From Eledone cirrhosa (lineage: Eukaryota): 64,000 nucleotides of DNA. Under the pieces are notes generated by a model. That model saw only the letters and a program-made list of their open reading frames with translations, was not told the origin of the DNA and searched no databases. The stretch covers positions 387,252,001 to 387,316,000 of the forward strand of contig OZ024740.1 in NCBI GenBank assembly GCA_964016885.1, read 5' to 3'. Below are positions 40,561-54,232 of the stretch, piece after piece (within the stretch, counting starts at the first letter, position 1; each line of letters begins with the position of its first letter). A program made the position numbers and the translations under genes.

Positions 40561-41714
40561 TTTTATATTGTTTAGTCAGGGAGGAAAGCACACTGCCTAT
40601 GATCCATTCCAAGACTGGTGGAAGGTTTCTTCAAACTAGAGACCCTGCCTGAATGTTTGCAGCAGGGTGGACAAGGCTGGAGATGGGGAGGAAGGTATCC
40701 TAATATTGGAGATCTTGTCTGATACCTCCCAACAGAGTGAACTTACTGGTCAACCAGAATGCTTTGGTCAGTTATATCAACCCTGGTACTTGCTTTATTG
40801 CCATATATTTGTGGAAAGTCAAAGTCTACCTTGGCAAGGCTTGACGTCAACTTAATAGATCAAAATATTTTATATCTCGTTTCTTAATCCGAGGAGGGGA
40901 ATATTGACTAGAGTTTTTAACCTATTTGAGACCATATTTCTAATAAAATACATTTCCTATGTATTGTAATAACTTTTCAAAATAATCAAGAATCTGTAAG
41001 GAATTGGTAACAATAACTGATATTAAGATAGCTGTTTGGAACACATCACAACAAAAAATCCTTGCATAAAACTGATGGAAGGTTTTAATTTAGATACCAA
41101 ACACTTTAGAACAGACGGCTCTGTATAGTGAAATGAGAGGCAGTACCAGTTGGGTTGGTATTGAAGGGTTAACTTTAGAGTGGAAAAATATGAAGCTGAG
41201 TATAATTTTCAGTTTGAATTGCTACAGGCTATTAGTTGAGGGTAACAAGTTTAAATTATTGGATTATAGAACTATAACAACAAAAATAAACATTACTGCT
41301 TTCATTATTTGCCAATGTTGGTATAGTGTTATTGGGAAAATAATATTCCCTGTATCATCTTAGCAATGAGTCAGTGATCTAATAACTGAACTCACTACAA
41401 CCTAATATGGCTTTCTAACTCCTTTCTTCATTACCTTCCATCAACTCAAACACTTTTTTTTATCCAGCATACATTAGCTTCTATATATTACTACCATGAC
41501 AACCACATCTGTCAATAAGACGGACTTTATATGGTAACTAAATGTGGTTTGCTAGAAATAACAGCCAAATTATATGCTACCTTAAAAAAGGAAGGACTTA
41601 TTAGATAATGTAATCCAAGATAAGTTAATCAAGGCTGATCTGCCAATACATTGAATACACTGCTGTTTTCTCTTAGATATGTATGGATATTACATATTGT
41701 ATTATTCAATCTCT

Positions 41715-42050
41715 CAGACTGCAGGACAGATTATATGATGCATGTTTGAACTGCTGAGACATGGGCCTTGAGTGCAAATTTGCAGCTGATAAACAGAAAC
41801 GAGGCATGCATGCTTTACTAGATGTGTAATGCCAGTGCATAAATGAACTGAGAAAAGTTAAGTATAAGAATTGATTGTAGCATACAAGAGAAAGGGTTAG
41901 AATGGGCATGTGATGGATAAAGAGAGCAAGTGTTGTATAAAAAGGGCCGAGTACTTGAAGTAGATGGAACCTGTGGAGGGGAGACAAAGGAAGGCAGTTG
42001 GAAAGACTGACCTCACCAAGGATATGACACAGGACTAGCTGATTGGTGAT
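41715..42050 (+). mobile_element. Highly decayed RTE LINE fragment
   Basis: DNA similarity to 13030-13420 (GRLYDAC, ETW, NEACML). Confidence 0.7.
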
Positions 42051-42679
42051 AAAACAAAAAAAACACCCAACTCATTCACATGTACAAGCTCTGTGATATT
42101 GAAAGTGGTGAGAGACCAGAGGCTACAGTGTTTGGCAAGCAAGTGGAGACGTAAGGTTTGAGAGGACTCTTCAAACTAACCTAGTGCTGGTGTCAATAAA
42201 ATGCATCCATTATATCCTATAAAGTTTTAATGTTGATGTTAGAAAAAAATGGACCCAGTAGACTCTGCAAAATCGTAGTGGTGGTGCCATGAAAAAACAC
42301 CCATTACACCCTGTAAGACAGTTGGTGTTAGGAGGGACATTCAACCATAGAAATGATGCTAAATATGGAATGTATGAACAAAATAATTCTCTGGTCTTGG
42401 ACTGTAACAACTCGTCCAACCCATGCCTGTGTGAAAAGTAGGTGTAAAATAATGATTGTTAACATGTTTAAAAGCTGTAATAGTAAATATTTATGAGTGG
42501 TAAAGATTTTATTTCCTAAGAGTCCTTCAGCTAATAACTGCTGTAAAAATGAACCATATATCATAATCTTGTAATACCAACTGACAACACTGAATGACAG
42601 ATGATTGTATTTTAAATTAATTTAATGACGTGAAAACATGACTGAATTTGCTCTTGTCAATTAGTTACTGTAGTGACCT

Positions 42680-42910
42680 ACATTCCGCGGGCTCACATAC
42701 ATTCTCTGTGCGTGATTTGGCTCAGTTCAGCCAATCAGCGCCAGTAGAAGAGGATGTATCCCTACGCGCCCTGAGGAAGAAATTCCCCGCGAAGATTTGA
42801 AGAATCTCTCTCTTGTACCGGAAACTTCAAGCCAGCAACACGCATAATGTAACGGTGAGATTTGCACCCTAGCCTCGCCGGCTTAACGGCGCAATGGCAC
42901 ATTCCCTTTT
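42680..42910. promoter_or_regulatory. Orphan CpG-rich, promoter-like island
   Basis: Dense CpG in a CpG-depleted background; AGCCAATCAG, CCGGAA and TTTGAA motifs. Confidence 0.45.
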
Positions 42911-44804
42911 GTAACCTCTTTTTATCTGTAATTTCAACCATATAAGTTAACAAACATTGTTTGTACTACATCAAAAATAAACAAACATTTCATCTCTAAT
43001 TGCTGCTGTTGAAATCATTATTATGTTACTCGTGTCTCAATAACATCTATAATCCATGCTGCTGGAATTGGCGACCTGACGAAAGGAATATTGTAAATAG
43101 ATGGTAAATAGATCGAGGGACCTTCCCTCACGTCTATGTCAACAAGATAATCCAACGAGGATACTATCACTTACCACACTGGCAACTAACGACCTTCAAT
43201 CATCTACCCTGTTAAAGTGGCGACTACTCTATAACCACTACCTGCTAAATTACCAATAACAATGTATTGCTGTTACGACAACCATTACTACTACTACTAC
43301 TACAACTATCACCAGTACTATTACTACTACTAGTACTATCACCAGTACTATTACTTCTATCACTACTACAACTATTCTTACCAACACCATTACTACTACT
43401 ACTGGAGCCAATCAACTACATCAATATTGCAAAGGTTATGAGAACTGTCATTCCTCATTGAAATAAATACAAGTACAATATAGCGATGTCTTGCATAACC
43501 CTTTCATTACTATATTTCTAATGAAAGACAATACTTATGATTTTCAAATAATTTTGGAGATAATGAAAAATTTGGAAGGATTTAGTTCTATAACTGATTT
43601 TTTTCATTCTGAAACTAGTGTTTGGAACATAACTTAACAAATGTTCTTATATAAAATTATTAATTTTAAACATGAACACTTTAACCCTTTAGCATTTAAA
43701 CTGGCTGTATCCGGCCAGAATTCTCTCACCTCTTTCTGTTCAACATGGATGGAACCGGCCACTTATACTGATGTTAAGGTATTGTTCTCAAAATAAAAAA
43801 TATCAAAATCTCAGATTCGATACTATGTGAGGTAAAGCCTTTACCGTGAAAATATGAATGTAAAAAAAAACTGGTACTTTATTTTATCAACCTCATAAGG
43901 ATGAAAGGCAAATCTAACTTCAGTGGGATTTGAATTCAGAGCGTAAAGGGCCATAACTCTGTGCTGTGAAGTAGTGTGTCCAATGCTCTACCGATTCTGC
44001 CAGTATAATATTAAAGATTAGGGAAAAGGAGAATATCTATGCAGAACTAATGAGGAATCTGTAGATACTCCACCCTGACTATGCCTTCAGATTTATACCT
44101 GGGATATGTTAGTAACTGCCTCAGTACAAATCTTGAGAAGCTAGGCTTCACATAACATGACTAGTTAGGAAGAACAATCCATTAATGGAGCTGTAAAAAT
44201 ATGTAAAACATTCTAAAATTTGTGCATGTAATAACTGCATATACACATGTATATACAAAACGTGTGTACATAACTCAAATCATACAGACCCACACATACA
44301 ATAATATCCATACGTGCATGCATACATATTTACCTAGTTAATGTCTAAATTCCAATGAAAGAGACTTGTGTCTATGTTAGAAACCAGTCTCTTTCTATAA
44401 AATAATTGTTTCTACTTTAGGCACAAGGCTAGCAATTTGAAGGGAAGGGGAAAGTTGATTAAATCATCTCCAGTGCATTACTGGTACTTTATTTTATTGA
44501 CCCCTTAAGGATGACAGGCAAAGCTGACCTCGCCAAGATTTGAATTCAGAATGTAAAGAGCCGTACCTCTATGCTGTTAAGCATGTCTGACGCTCTACTG
44601 ATTCTGCCAATGCACCAAACTAGAAATGCATACATACATAGTTTCTGTTTACCAAACCAAAACAAAACGAAAAAAAGAAAAAGTGTTTGTGAAGTGAACT
44701 CCTTAACCACACAACCATGCCTGCAACTATGATTAAAATTACAAATTAATGAAGACAAAATATCAAAGTTTTATATGGAAATGTATTGAAAATTATAAAT
44801 ATTT

Positions 44805-44810
44805 TTTATT
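44805..44810 (-). promoter_or_regulatory. Candidate poly(A) signal of the ankyrin gene
   Basis: AATAAA on the - strand about 1.25 kb past the stop codon, in a T-rich context. Confidence 0.35.
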
Positions 44811-46055
44811 GACAAAAATAAATTAAATAAAAAAAAAACACTGAAAAATTTGTAGAAACTGGTGAATTAAGACATCCAATCAAAATGTTTTAAAAAAATG
44901 AGCAAAAGTTTTTGTTATGCTTCTTCTTATTCTTTATAGCTAGCTTTTTTTTAGCATAGGCCATCAATAAAGTTGCAGTAAACCAAATCCCAAATTAGTT
45001 TGCCATACCCAATTGGACATTATTTGCTTGTATCACAACCTACAGTTTCACTTCTATAAATCCAAGACTTCATGCCTGAGGATCAAATAATTTTATTTTC
45101 ATAGTTATTGCCTATGAAAGTTGCAAGAAGCTTCTGCTCAAATCGATATGTAAGATTATAAATAAATGTTTCAGAAGTAAAAAAATAAATAAAACATATA
45201 GAAAAATATCACTTTGGTATAAGTTAAGCACAACCATATAATGCTTGGTGTATAAAAGCAAAACACAAATGATAGTGAGAGCTGAGAGGTATATAAAAGG
45301 TAACTTTCTTATCCTCTATCTAATAATGATTTCTAAAACAAGAACAAGGCCACACATGATTGTGGGAGGTATATAAGTCAATAATATTGACCCAGTATTT
45401 GACTGGTACTTATTTTAGTGACCTCCAGCAAGATAAAAGTCAAAATCGACCTCAGTGGGATTTGAACTCAGAATGTAATAAGTTGAAACGAAATACTGCA
45501 AAGCATTTTGTTTGATAATCCACTGCCTTTCTGCCAAATAATAATAATAATAAAAATAAAATATGACAAGCTAGAAAGAAAATTTGATAAGTGTTATGAT
45601 TACCTGAACAATATAATACTTACAATAAAAATATGAGATTAAATTTAGTGATTAAAATTAGATTCTGCAATAAAAGGATCTTTAACTGCTCTGAGGAGGA
45701 ATGTTTTGTTTTTCATTTTATACATATTATAGAAGTTTGGTGGTGAGCATCATAAAAAGTAGCTGTAGCTATTTCAATTCACTTATATTGGTAATAGTTT
45801 CAAGAAAGATAAACATCATGGCTCCTATTTTAACCCTCCTCTGAAGTCAATAAATCTATTTACCTCTGATTAAGTGACTTTGTTTATCACTCTTCTATGA
45901 TATAATAAAACATTGATTGAATGATAGCTGTTTTGACATTTTTTCTAGTATTTTTTTGTTTAATAAACATATTTAGCAATGCTCACCAGCATGCACTTGC
46001 TTCTATTGTGTTCACCAATTTTTACTAGCATTGTGTACACCCGTACCACTAGCAT

Positions 46056-46570
46056 TTACCAATATTCCAAGTCTGAGTCTCCTTCATTTGCAAAGAAATC
46101 AGAATCTTCACTTGAGCTGTCATATGGAATTTGTCTTTCAAACAACAAACTAGTAGTATCGATGTAAAAAGAAGAAAATAGAACCAACATTCTGTGGAAC
46201 AAAAGTTCAATTAAAAGGTTCAGTAAGGATGTCTGAGGTAAGGAAAAGTGAGAAAGAAATCTCTGTAGAAGTTTTTTATCAAGAACTGTATTGATAAATT
46301 CTTGATAGATATCTCGATCATATATATCAGAAACGTTTTCATAGAAAGATCGTGCTTCCTGATTCAGTAAGGAAGCCATGTAGCAGATATTATTGCAGAA
46401 AAACTCTTGGAAGATGACTCTAACACACAATTGTTTTAGGGTAGCTGTAGTCTGACCAAACAACATGTTAATAGTTTGTGTAGAAATGGGCATCCAATGG
46501 ATAAATTCTGGAAAAAAGTCTTTCATGTGATCCCCTAGTTCTTTTACAATATCGTCAGTTACAAAATGAC
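46056..46570 (-). CDS. Ankyrin/SOCS-like protein last coding exon (BC-box-like motif, acidic tail)
   Basis: ttctag|GHFVTDD...TATLKQLCVRVIF...SLPQTSLLNLL...DSSSEDSDFFANEGDSDLEYW*. Confidence 0.88.
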
Positions 46571-47988
46571 CTAGAAATAGAAACAAAATGATATTAAAAG
46601 AAAGTTAACATAAACTTGTGAAGGTGCATGGCCTAGTGGTTAAGGTATTGCAATTATAATCATGTCATGGGTTTGATTCCTGAACTGGGTTGTGTGTTGT
46701 GTTCATAAGCAAAACACTTCTTTTCATGTTGCACCAGTATACTCAGGTGAAAATAGTAGCTGGGGTTTCAACTCTGTGATGGACTGGTGTCCTGTCCAGT
46801 GGGGAGTCTTATACTCTCAGTCATTTAACACCAAGGAAACTGAGATAAGCACCAGCCTAATGAGCTTCTGGGCTTGCAACAGATCTTAGACTTTTTTTAG
46901 AACATAAACTATAACATATTTATATGAGAAACAAAACAAAAAATGAAACAAATAGCAGTTATAGACTTTTTTTCTTCAGTGATTTCATCTTTGACCAAAT
47001 AGTTTGTAACCAAACATATTTCAAAATTAGTTACTCTAATACTTTTTCATCAGCACATTACTTTGCCATACTAAGACAACTCTGGATTAACCATTAAGCA
47101 AAATAAAATGCTTTGTGCTTCTAAAGTTTTTAATCTGACTGCTCTAGGGCAAAAGAGTCTCTAACTTCTAATGATAACAAGTCCTATAACCTTATGGATT
47201 GTAGGAAGGAGAACCTCCATAGTATCTCAAAGTAGTTATCATAGAAGAATCTGTTCTCTAAATTATATTCACAGGGAAACTTAACTTAATACTTTAAACC
47301 AATGAAACTATTCCCATTTTTACACAGCTGTTGTAAATTATAGCAATGAGTTGTTTCTATTTATAGCTTGAGGCACTATGCCATTTAAGAGTTAAATGTA
47401 GTCATTGGTGATAGTATGTAAACTGCCAAACATTGACTATCCATGCTTTCAGCTAAGGTACAATTTTATCATAGATTGACCCAGATTTCCCTTTGAGAAA
47501 CAAATCATCATCATCATCGTTTAACGTCCATCTTCCACACTTGCATGGGTTTATCTAGTGATACAGTTGTTGACTATTGCATTAAGGTTATGATAAGACA
47601 TTTGTAGAGAATAGCAGGTTAGGCCTGCACAACAAACATCCCATGCTGGTACCTTCTCTCTACAGTTTACGATAGTGAACTATTGACTACAAAAAAAAAA
47701 AAAATACTAAAGCAGAAGTTAGCTTTGTGGACCCATGATAAGATTCATATTCATTATGGGGTATTTTTTCAGGCAATGTTTTACAGCTGGATGCCGTTCC
47801 TGGTGCCAACTCTTTTAATCACCTCTTATGACATACAGAGAGACGATGAATCTATTCTAGGAAAATAGGTCTTAAATGATGATGATGATGATGATACACA
47901 CAGTAGTACTATTGACAAATTTTCAAGCTATAAACTATGTTTAATTTTTTTATTATTATTTCTAGACAACAAAAAAGAAACAACTTAC

Positions 47989-48110
47989 CTGAATCAACAA
48001 GGTGAGAAAATTTTCGAGAAGCTTGGATGAGGCACCGAAAGTTATGTTGAAGGCGTAGAGATCTCTGAGCAGGGAAGGATAGGGACACACAAAATAGAGG
48101 AGACAATTTC
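47989..48110 (-). CDS. Ankyrin/SOCS-like protein exon
   Basis: ttacag|KLSPLFCVSLSFPAQRSLRLQHNFRCLIQASRKFSHLVDSG|gtaagt, phase 2 to 1. Confidence 0.88.
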
Positions 48111-50124
48111 CTGTAAATAATAATAATGGTTATTAGGTACCTTGCCTAAATTTGATAGTGACATACAGTTGATTAAATAAATCTCAGTACTGGACTGGTA
48201 CATAGTTTATTGAGCTCGGAAGTTTGCATTTAAAGGTGATCCCAATAAGATTTGAGCTTAGAACAATAAAAATGAAATAAAATACTACAAAGTATTTTGA
48301 ACAAATTAACAATACAATACACACCCTAGAATTGAAACATGGGAGTGCTAGTGCCACAATAAAATACATTCAGCCCACACAGTAAAGTGGTACAATAAAA
48401 TACATAGGTAAAGAGGTAGTGCTGGTACCACAATGAAAAGCTCCCAGTCCATCCTGTCTGGTGGTAGCGGTGGTGCCATGATAAAATGCACCTGGTACGG
48501 GCAAAAAGTGTTTGGTATTAGTAAGGGCATCCAGCCATTAGAACCGTGCCAAAACGGAACATGTGAACGGGCTGCTGTCAGGCCTCAGAATGTGACAATC
48601 TGTCTAACACATACAAGCATGGTAATAAACACAAAACAATGATGATGATGATGGTGAGGGGGGGGGGGGGGTATTCAATGCTCTAATAATTCTACTAATC
48701 CACATTTCTGGATTGGTACTTTATTTAACAACCTCAAAAGGAAGAAAAGTAAAGTTGACCATAGCTGAATTTGAACTCACAGTACAGTGAGCTGAAACAA
48801 ATACCACAAGGTATTTAATTTGCCACTCTGATGTCAGCCAATTTACCACTACCACTACTACTACTACTACAATGACAACTTCAATATTATCAACATTACT
48901 GTAACAAGTAGCAGCAGCACTACCACCACCAGCACCTGTGCAACCAGCAGTATTACCTGTTTCTAATCAACACACGAACAATATAGAGCAGGTGTAACAG
49001 GTGTGACTAAACAAAGGTTCCAGTTTCATTTTCTACTTGCATTGTTCCTGCAATCAATTCAGACGACTTTGAATCATTTTGAACCTGCCTTATATCGCTC
49101 CTAATTTACGGACCACGACTATGGAGATAGAAGACCTCATTGTAATGCCTGTAAAATAACCTTTCTCCCATGTGTTGACTTAGTAATCAATACTGTATTA
49201 TTTTTGTGTCAAATCTCTCTTCTCGTGTTTCGAATGTTGCATTCGTTGCTTGTTTTTGTTTTGAACCTCATTCCAATATGGCGGCCTGAAGAATTGTGGG
49301 ACTTTCATGTAAATAAAGTGTCTGTAGTTGCTCATGTTGGTTTCAGCCAACCAAATTAAATTAATATTCTACTTTATGATATTGAGTATTTTTCCTTTAT
49401 TAATTACTCCCCCTAATATTTCAGTTGGTTGAGCACTGTAACTGATCAGAGGTTGACATGCTGAACAAATGGTGAAATATATAATTATAAATTCTCTGAA
49501 AGATATCACCATCACAAACAAAAGACTCTATACTAAGCACCTCAATAAGAAGACTGTCAATGTGTTGAGACGAATGAACTGGAAGGCTTTGCTTTCAATA
49601 AAGGTGTGTTCATTTTCAAGACTGATAAAAACTATCTGTACCTTAAAGATTTGGAAAAATTCAAGGAATACCTTATAAAGCATATTCAAAACATGAAATT
49701 TAATTATTGTGCCATTAGCTTTTAAAGTGATTGCAACAATATCTAGAGCCCCTTAACATTTCTAGTTTAAGACTGGCTGCCAATAGAAACTTCTGTATGC
49801 AAATAATCTAACCCATATAGCTGAAACTATCCATTTAAAACCAGACAACTGCATTGATTGTGTTAACACAAGTTGCATTTGAGATTTAAGGATCATAAGG
49901 ATAATTTTGCTAATATTTCCAAATGCAGACTAATAAATCCCATGGAAAGCAACCAAGATATAGTCAATAAACATCAAAGATATCTGGCTTTAGTGATAAA
50001 ATAGATTTCATATAACCTTTCCCAATTAATAATAATAATTGTTACTACATTTGGCACAAGGCCAGCAATTATCCCAGTGCATTACTGGTACTTTATTTTA
50101 TCGAACCCAGTTCTAGCCACCATA

Positions 50125-50943
50125 TACAAACTGTGTCAGAAAAAATACTTTGGGGTCATCAAAAATAATTTCAAATTTAAACAACCAACTACAAGTTTTC
50201 CCCATCAAAATAATCCTCCATGAGTCTAACACACTTTCCCATCCTTCTCTGCCATGCCTTCATGCACTCCTGGAAAGATTTTCTTGGGATTCTCTGCAAC
50301 TCCATCGTCAATGCACTCTTGAATGCTTTCATGTCCAGAAAACAGGTTATACTCAAAGATCCATGATTCATCACTGGTGATGACTCGCCCCAGCAAGTCT
50401 AGTTTGGTTTCAAGATGCTCAAGGATATCCTGACACACCTGCCTATACCGCTACTTCTGGTCATTGTTCAGCAGCTTTGGCACCATCTTCGTGCAGATCT
50501 TCGATCAGTTGAACAGTCAGCCGACAATTGTCACACACCACCTACCTCCCGTGCTCAACGTTGGCCTCAGTCCTGCTCATTGAAGGCTTTCCACTGCTGG
50601 GGGTCGTCTTCCACCTTTTGTGCCACTCAAAAACCTGTGACCACGATGTCGTTTCATCTCCATACACTTACTGCAGTATTCCAAGTGCTTCTGATGGAGT
50701 TTTCCCAGTTGGACCAGAAACTTCAGATTGGTTCATTGCTCTGTGCCCATCACTCAATAGCCTAAAATTGAGGAGTTGTTAACAAAAGCACGTGAAAAAA
50801 CATACAATAGCTGCAGAGAGCTGAGATTGCAGTTATATACTCCCTGGATATTACGTCACATGGTGACACAACCTGCTAATCCCTACCCCACTGATAGCTT
50901 ACACAGCACACTAAGCCCTGTTACTTCTCTGACACATCTCATA
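50125..50943 (-). mobile_element. Internally deleted mariner transposon
   Basis: Imperfect TIRs tacaaactgtgtcagaaaaaatac / tatgagatgtgtcagagaagtaac; transposase pieces RVITSDESWIFEY and WQRRMGKCV...YFDG directly adjacent. Confidence 0.88.
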
Positions 50944-51354
50944 GTATGAACATGGCTACAAATGCAGCTAAGTGCTTCTTAATCCTGATAAATATCCATT
51001 TCTTTGCAGCCCATAGATATCGCAAAATCTTTAATAAGAATTCCATGAAAGTTAGTCATAGTTGTTCAAGTCAAATAGAGTCCCAGATATTTAATGAGAA
51101 TAAAGTAGCAAGAAACAAAAATTAACAGCAGACCCATATATCCAAAAGTTCAACAACAAAAAAGGAGCAAAGGGAGAATACAGACAAAGCAGAGAGGGGG
51201 GGGGAACACATTCATACTTGGAAAGGAAGCAGAAAAGAGAAAAATAAGGCATTAGTTCAAACTAGAGAAAGAGATATAGCAGAAAGAAAACCAACAAATC
51301 CACAATGGAGACTAGAATGTAGATAGAACATCTAGATTTCAGTAAATCACTCAC

Positions 51355-51497
51355 CGTTTCTGTTTAGGATTTTGTATAACTGTGGCACGGATTGAGGGGT
51401 CAGCATTTCTAATGAGTAATTGGTAGCAACACTCTGTGTCAGCACGGATAACACAATGGAATAATGCTGTTTGACCTTTGTGGTTTTTTACATTAAG
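51355..51497 (-). CDS. Ankyrin/SOCS-like protein exon (ankyrin repeat)
   Basis: tttcag|LNVKNHKGQTALFHCVIRADTECCYQLLIRNADPSIRATVIQNPKQKR|gtgagt. Confidence 0.92.
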
Positions 51498-52051
51498 CTG
51501 AAATGGAGAAAAAAACAAAACAAATGGTATCTGAATATCACTGAAAAACACTGGAATAACCAAGAGATCAAGATAACATCTTGATTGAAGGGTTATAAAT
51601 TTATATGAAGTCACTAACACAAACTGTTTTCTGAACCAAACCTGTTCTCATTTAAATGACAATGGTAACATAAGAAAGAGAATGGTGTTGCTATTGAAGT
51701 AATTAGGTAGTTTTCAGTTAAGTCTATTTAAGCAGACATATGATAAGAATGTAACCAATCAAATGTTCAGATCCTACACATGCTACAGTTCATTATGAAG
51801 AAGTATAATAGTTAAATGCATATCTATAGTTCATATGCCTGACTGTGAATATGAGAAACGCCCTTAACTCTGCTTAGTTCAGTTTATTTAGCTGTCAGGA
51901 AAGTATACAAGATCATCATTGGATGTTACCACAAATAAAACAGTATCTCCTCACATGGAAGGTTTATCTATAATCTCCTTAACACTGTGAAATCAGAATT
52001 AAGCATAGGGCGTTTAAAAGTTCCTCGTGGCTCAGATGTTCGCATTTTACT

Positions 52052-52283
52052 TTTAACCCTTTTGTTACTACATTTCTAATAAAATACATTTTAATTAATT
52101 AAGAATTTGGGAGGAATTTACAAAAATCATGATATCATTAATATGGTATTTGTATCATAGCAAAATGTGCTTATATACAATTATATTAGAAAGTTTTAAT
52201 TTAAATAGGAACCTTTTAAAATGGGTTATTTTGTTTCATAGAAACATGGGTGGTTTTGAGAGGGTCAGTTTCAAAAGGGTTAA
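52052..52283. mobile_element. Second TTAA/CCC MITE family (relatives at 30371-30582, 40916-41173, 43495-43680, 55200-55438)
   Basis: ttaaccctttt ... aaaagggttaa ends and shared AT-rich core. Confidence 0.65.
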
Positions 52284-53924
52284 TGCTTTAATCCAGTCTT
52301 CAAATAAATTGTTCTTATGAGCTTTCTTCTTTGTGGCCTCATCTTCATGAGTAGCAGGTTTGCAGATAGGTCTCAACCTTTTACAGTTGAAGTTCCTAAA
52401 TGTAATTATAAATTCTAGTCTAAGAGTTTCTTCTCTCACATCATCATCATCATTGTTTAACGTCTATCTTCCACGCTAGCATGGGTTTAGACATCTCATC
52501 TATATGAGATTTATGAGAGAAGCAACATCAATCATCATCTCTCTCCTTAAATTATGTTCTCTCTGTCTTGCACTTTCCCCTTCTCAGAAATCCCACGCAT
52601 TTTAATGGCTTTATTGCCTTGCTTAAAGTAAGTATATAAAAAAAAAAAAACGTTTGTAATGGGCAGTGTGATTTTGTGATAGTTCATAGTATCTTCAAAT
52701 TTGGTGAATAATAACTAATCTTGTGTATTAACTTGTTTGGGGCAGATATGGAGTCTTCAATAAATTTGTTTTTTTTCAAAAGGAGCAGTACCCATACCTT
52801 TTTTCAGGGCTTCCAAGACTGGCAGGAGGGAGGGAAGAAGTATCTTCAAACTGCATTCTAGCAACAGTGTGAACTCTGCTAAAAACACCCTTGGACAAGT
52901 GTTAGTTTTAAGTTAGACCAGAGATTAAGTCTACCACCTAAGTAGGTCATGGTGGAATTTCAACTTTGAAGGCAAGAAGCCATAACACATATTGCAAGGT
53001 TGATTCTTCCAGCCCACCACTTTAGATTGGTACTTTATTTATAAACCTCACAAAGATAAAAGCCAAAGTTCACCCCAGTAGTATTTGCTTGGTATAAACA
53101 TTTCTGTGCATTATACAAATACTGATATTTGTATAAATTAAAGAGCTGCTTATTGGATAAAATGCTTCTTCATGGTAATCACTTTGGCTCTTTATGGTCT
53201 GAGTCCCAATCCTGTTGAGGTCAACTTTGTCTTTCATGCTTTCAAGGTCAATAAATAAAGTATCAGTCTAGTACTGGGATTGATTCTTCTTCTATATCTC
53301 TCTCATTCCCTCTCTTTATCTGGAAGACATCAGCAGTTGGACAGGGATGAGCTCAGCCAGGTTTTTAAAAATGCCCAAGATACACAGTATATCTCTGCAG
53401 TGCCCATTTGGTATCACCAGTAATTAAGAGATCTTGGTATGACAGATGTTTAACCTTTAGCATTCACATTACTCTATATATACTATTATATTTTCATGTT
53501 AAAGGATTTACCTCACATAATATCGAATCTATGAGATTTTGAAAGTATTTATTTTGAGAACAATACCTTAACATCAGTTTGAGCGACCAGTTACAGCCAG
53601 TTTCAACAGAAAGAGGTACAGAATTCTGGACGGTTTTGGCTGGTTTGAACATTAAAGGGTTAAACCAAAGGTTTTGGATTTAATTTATGTTATTATATTA
53701 TTGATGTTGATTATCAATTTTTTTAAATAAGGAACTAAATTATTGATACTTTTATAGAAATGTGACTTTGTCTTTAAAATATATTTATACCTTTATTAAT
53801 AATCTTTATCTAACCAACTAACAAATTTAGGAAAATGGAACTAATAAATAGAATAGAAAGGAAGGTAGACTAGCAAACAAAATTAAATTAAAGTAAAAAC
53901 CAAAAGATTTAAAGTATTTCTTAC

Positions 53925-54232
53925 ATCAATATCACTCTGATTGAGAAAAAAGTGAAAAAAATCTTTTTTCACTCCTTCAATGGAGACATTATCTTCTAAA
54001 GTGTTATCACTTGAAGTTGGTGAGAGATCATCAATTTGTCTGTAGTCTGATTCACAGATTGAAATATCCAACAGACACAATAATGGTGAATTATGTCTTT
54101 GGTCAATAGCATTGATGTTGCCCTCATTTTCATATAGCAGTTTGGCCATTTCAATGTCAAAGCCACGGATTGCTAAAGTGTGCAGTGGAGTCTGGTGGTC
54201 TTCATCCTTAATGTTGGGTTCACCACCAGTTG
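53925..54232 (-). CDS. Ankyrin/SOCS-like protein exon (ankyrin repeats)
   Basis: tcacag|TGGEPNIKDEDHQTPLHTLAIRGFDIEMAKLLYENEGNINAIDQRHNSPLLCL...QSDID|gtaaga; TPLH and N..D....SPL motifs. Confidence 0.92.

Noticed and set aside
42680-42910. Assignment as RNase MRP, 7SK, U11 or telomerase RNA
   Set aside because: GAAATTCCCCG resembles MRP CR-I but no downstream CR-V partner was found. There are no 7SK GAUC motifs, no clear Sm site and no CCCTAA template.
43267-43461. Leu-rich signal-peptide-like ORF
   Set aside because: Translation of a degenerate (CTA)n repeat.
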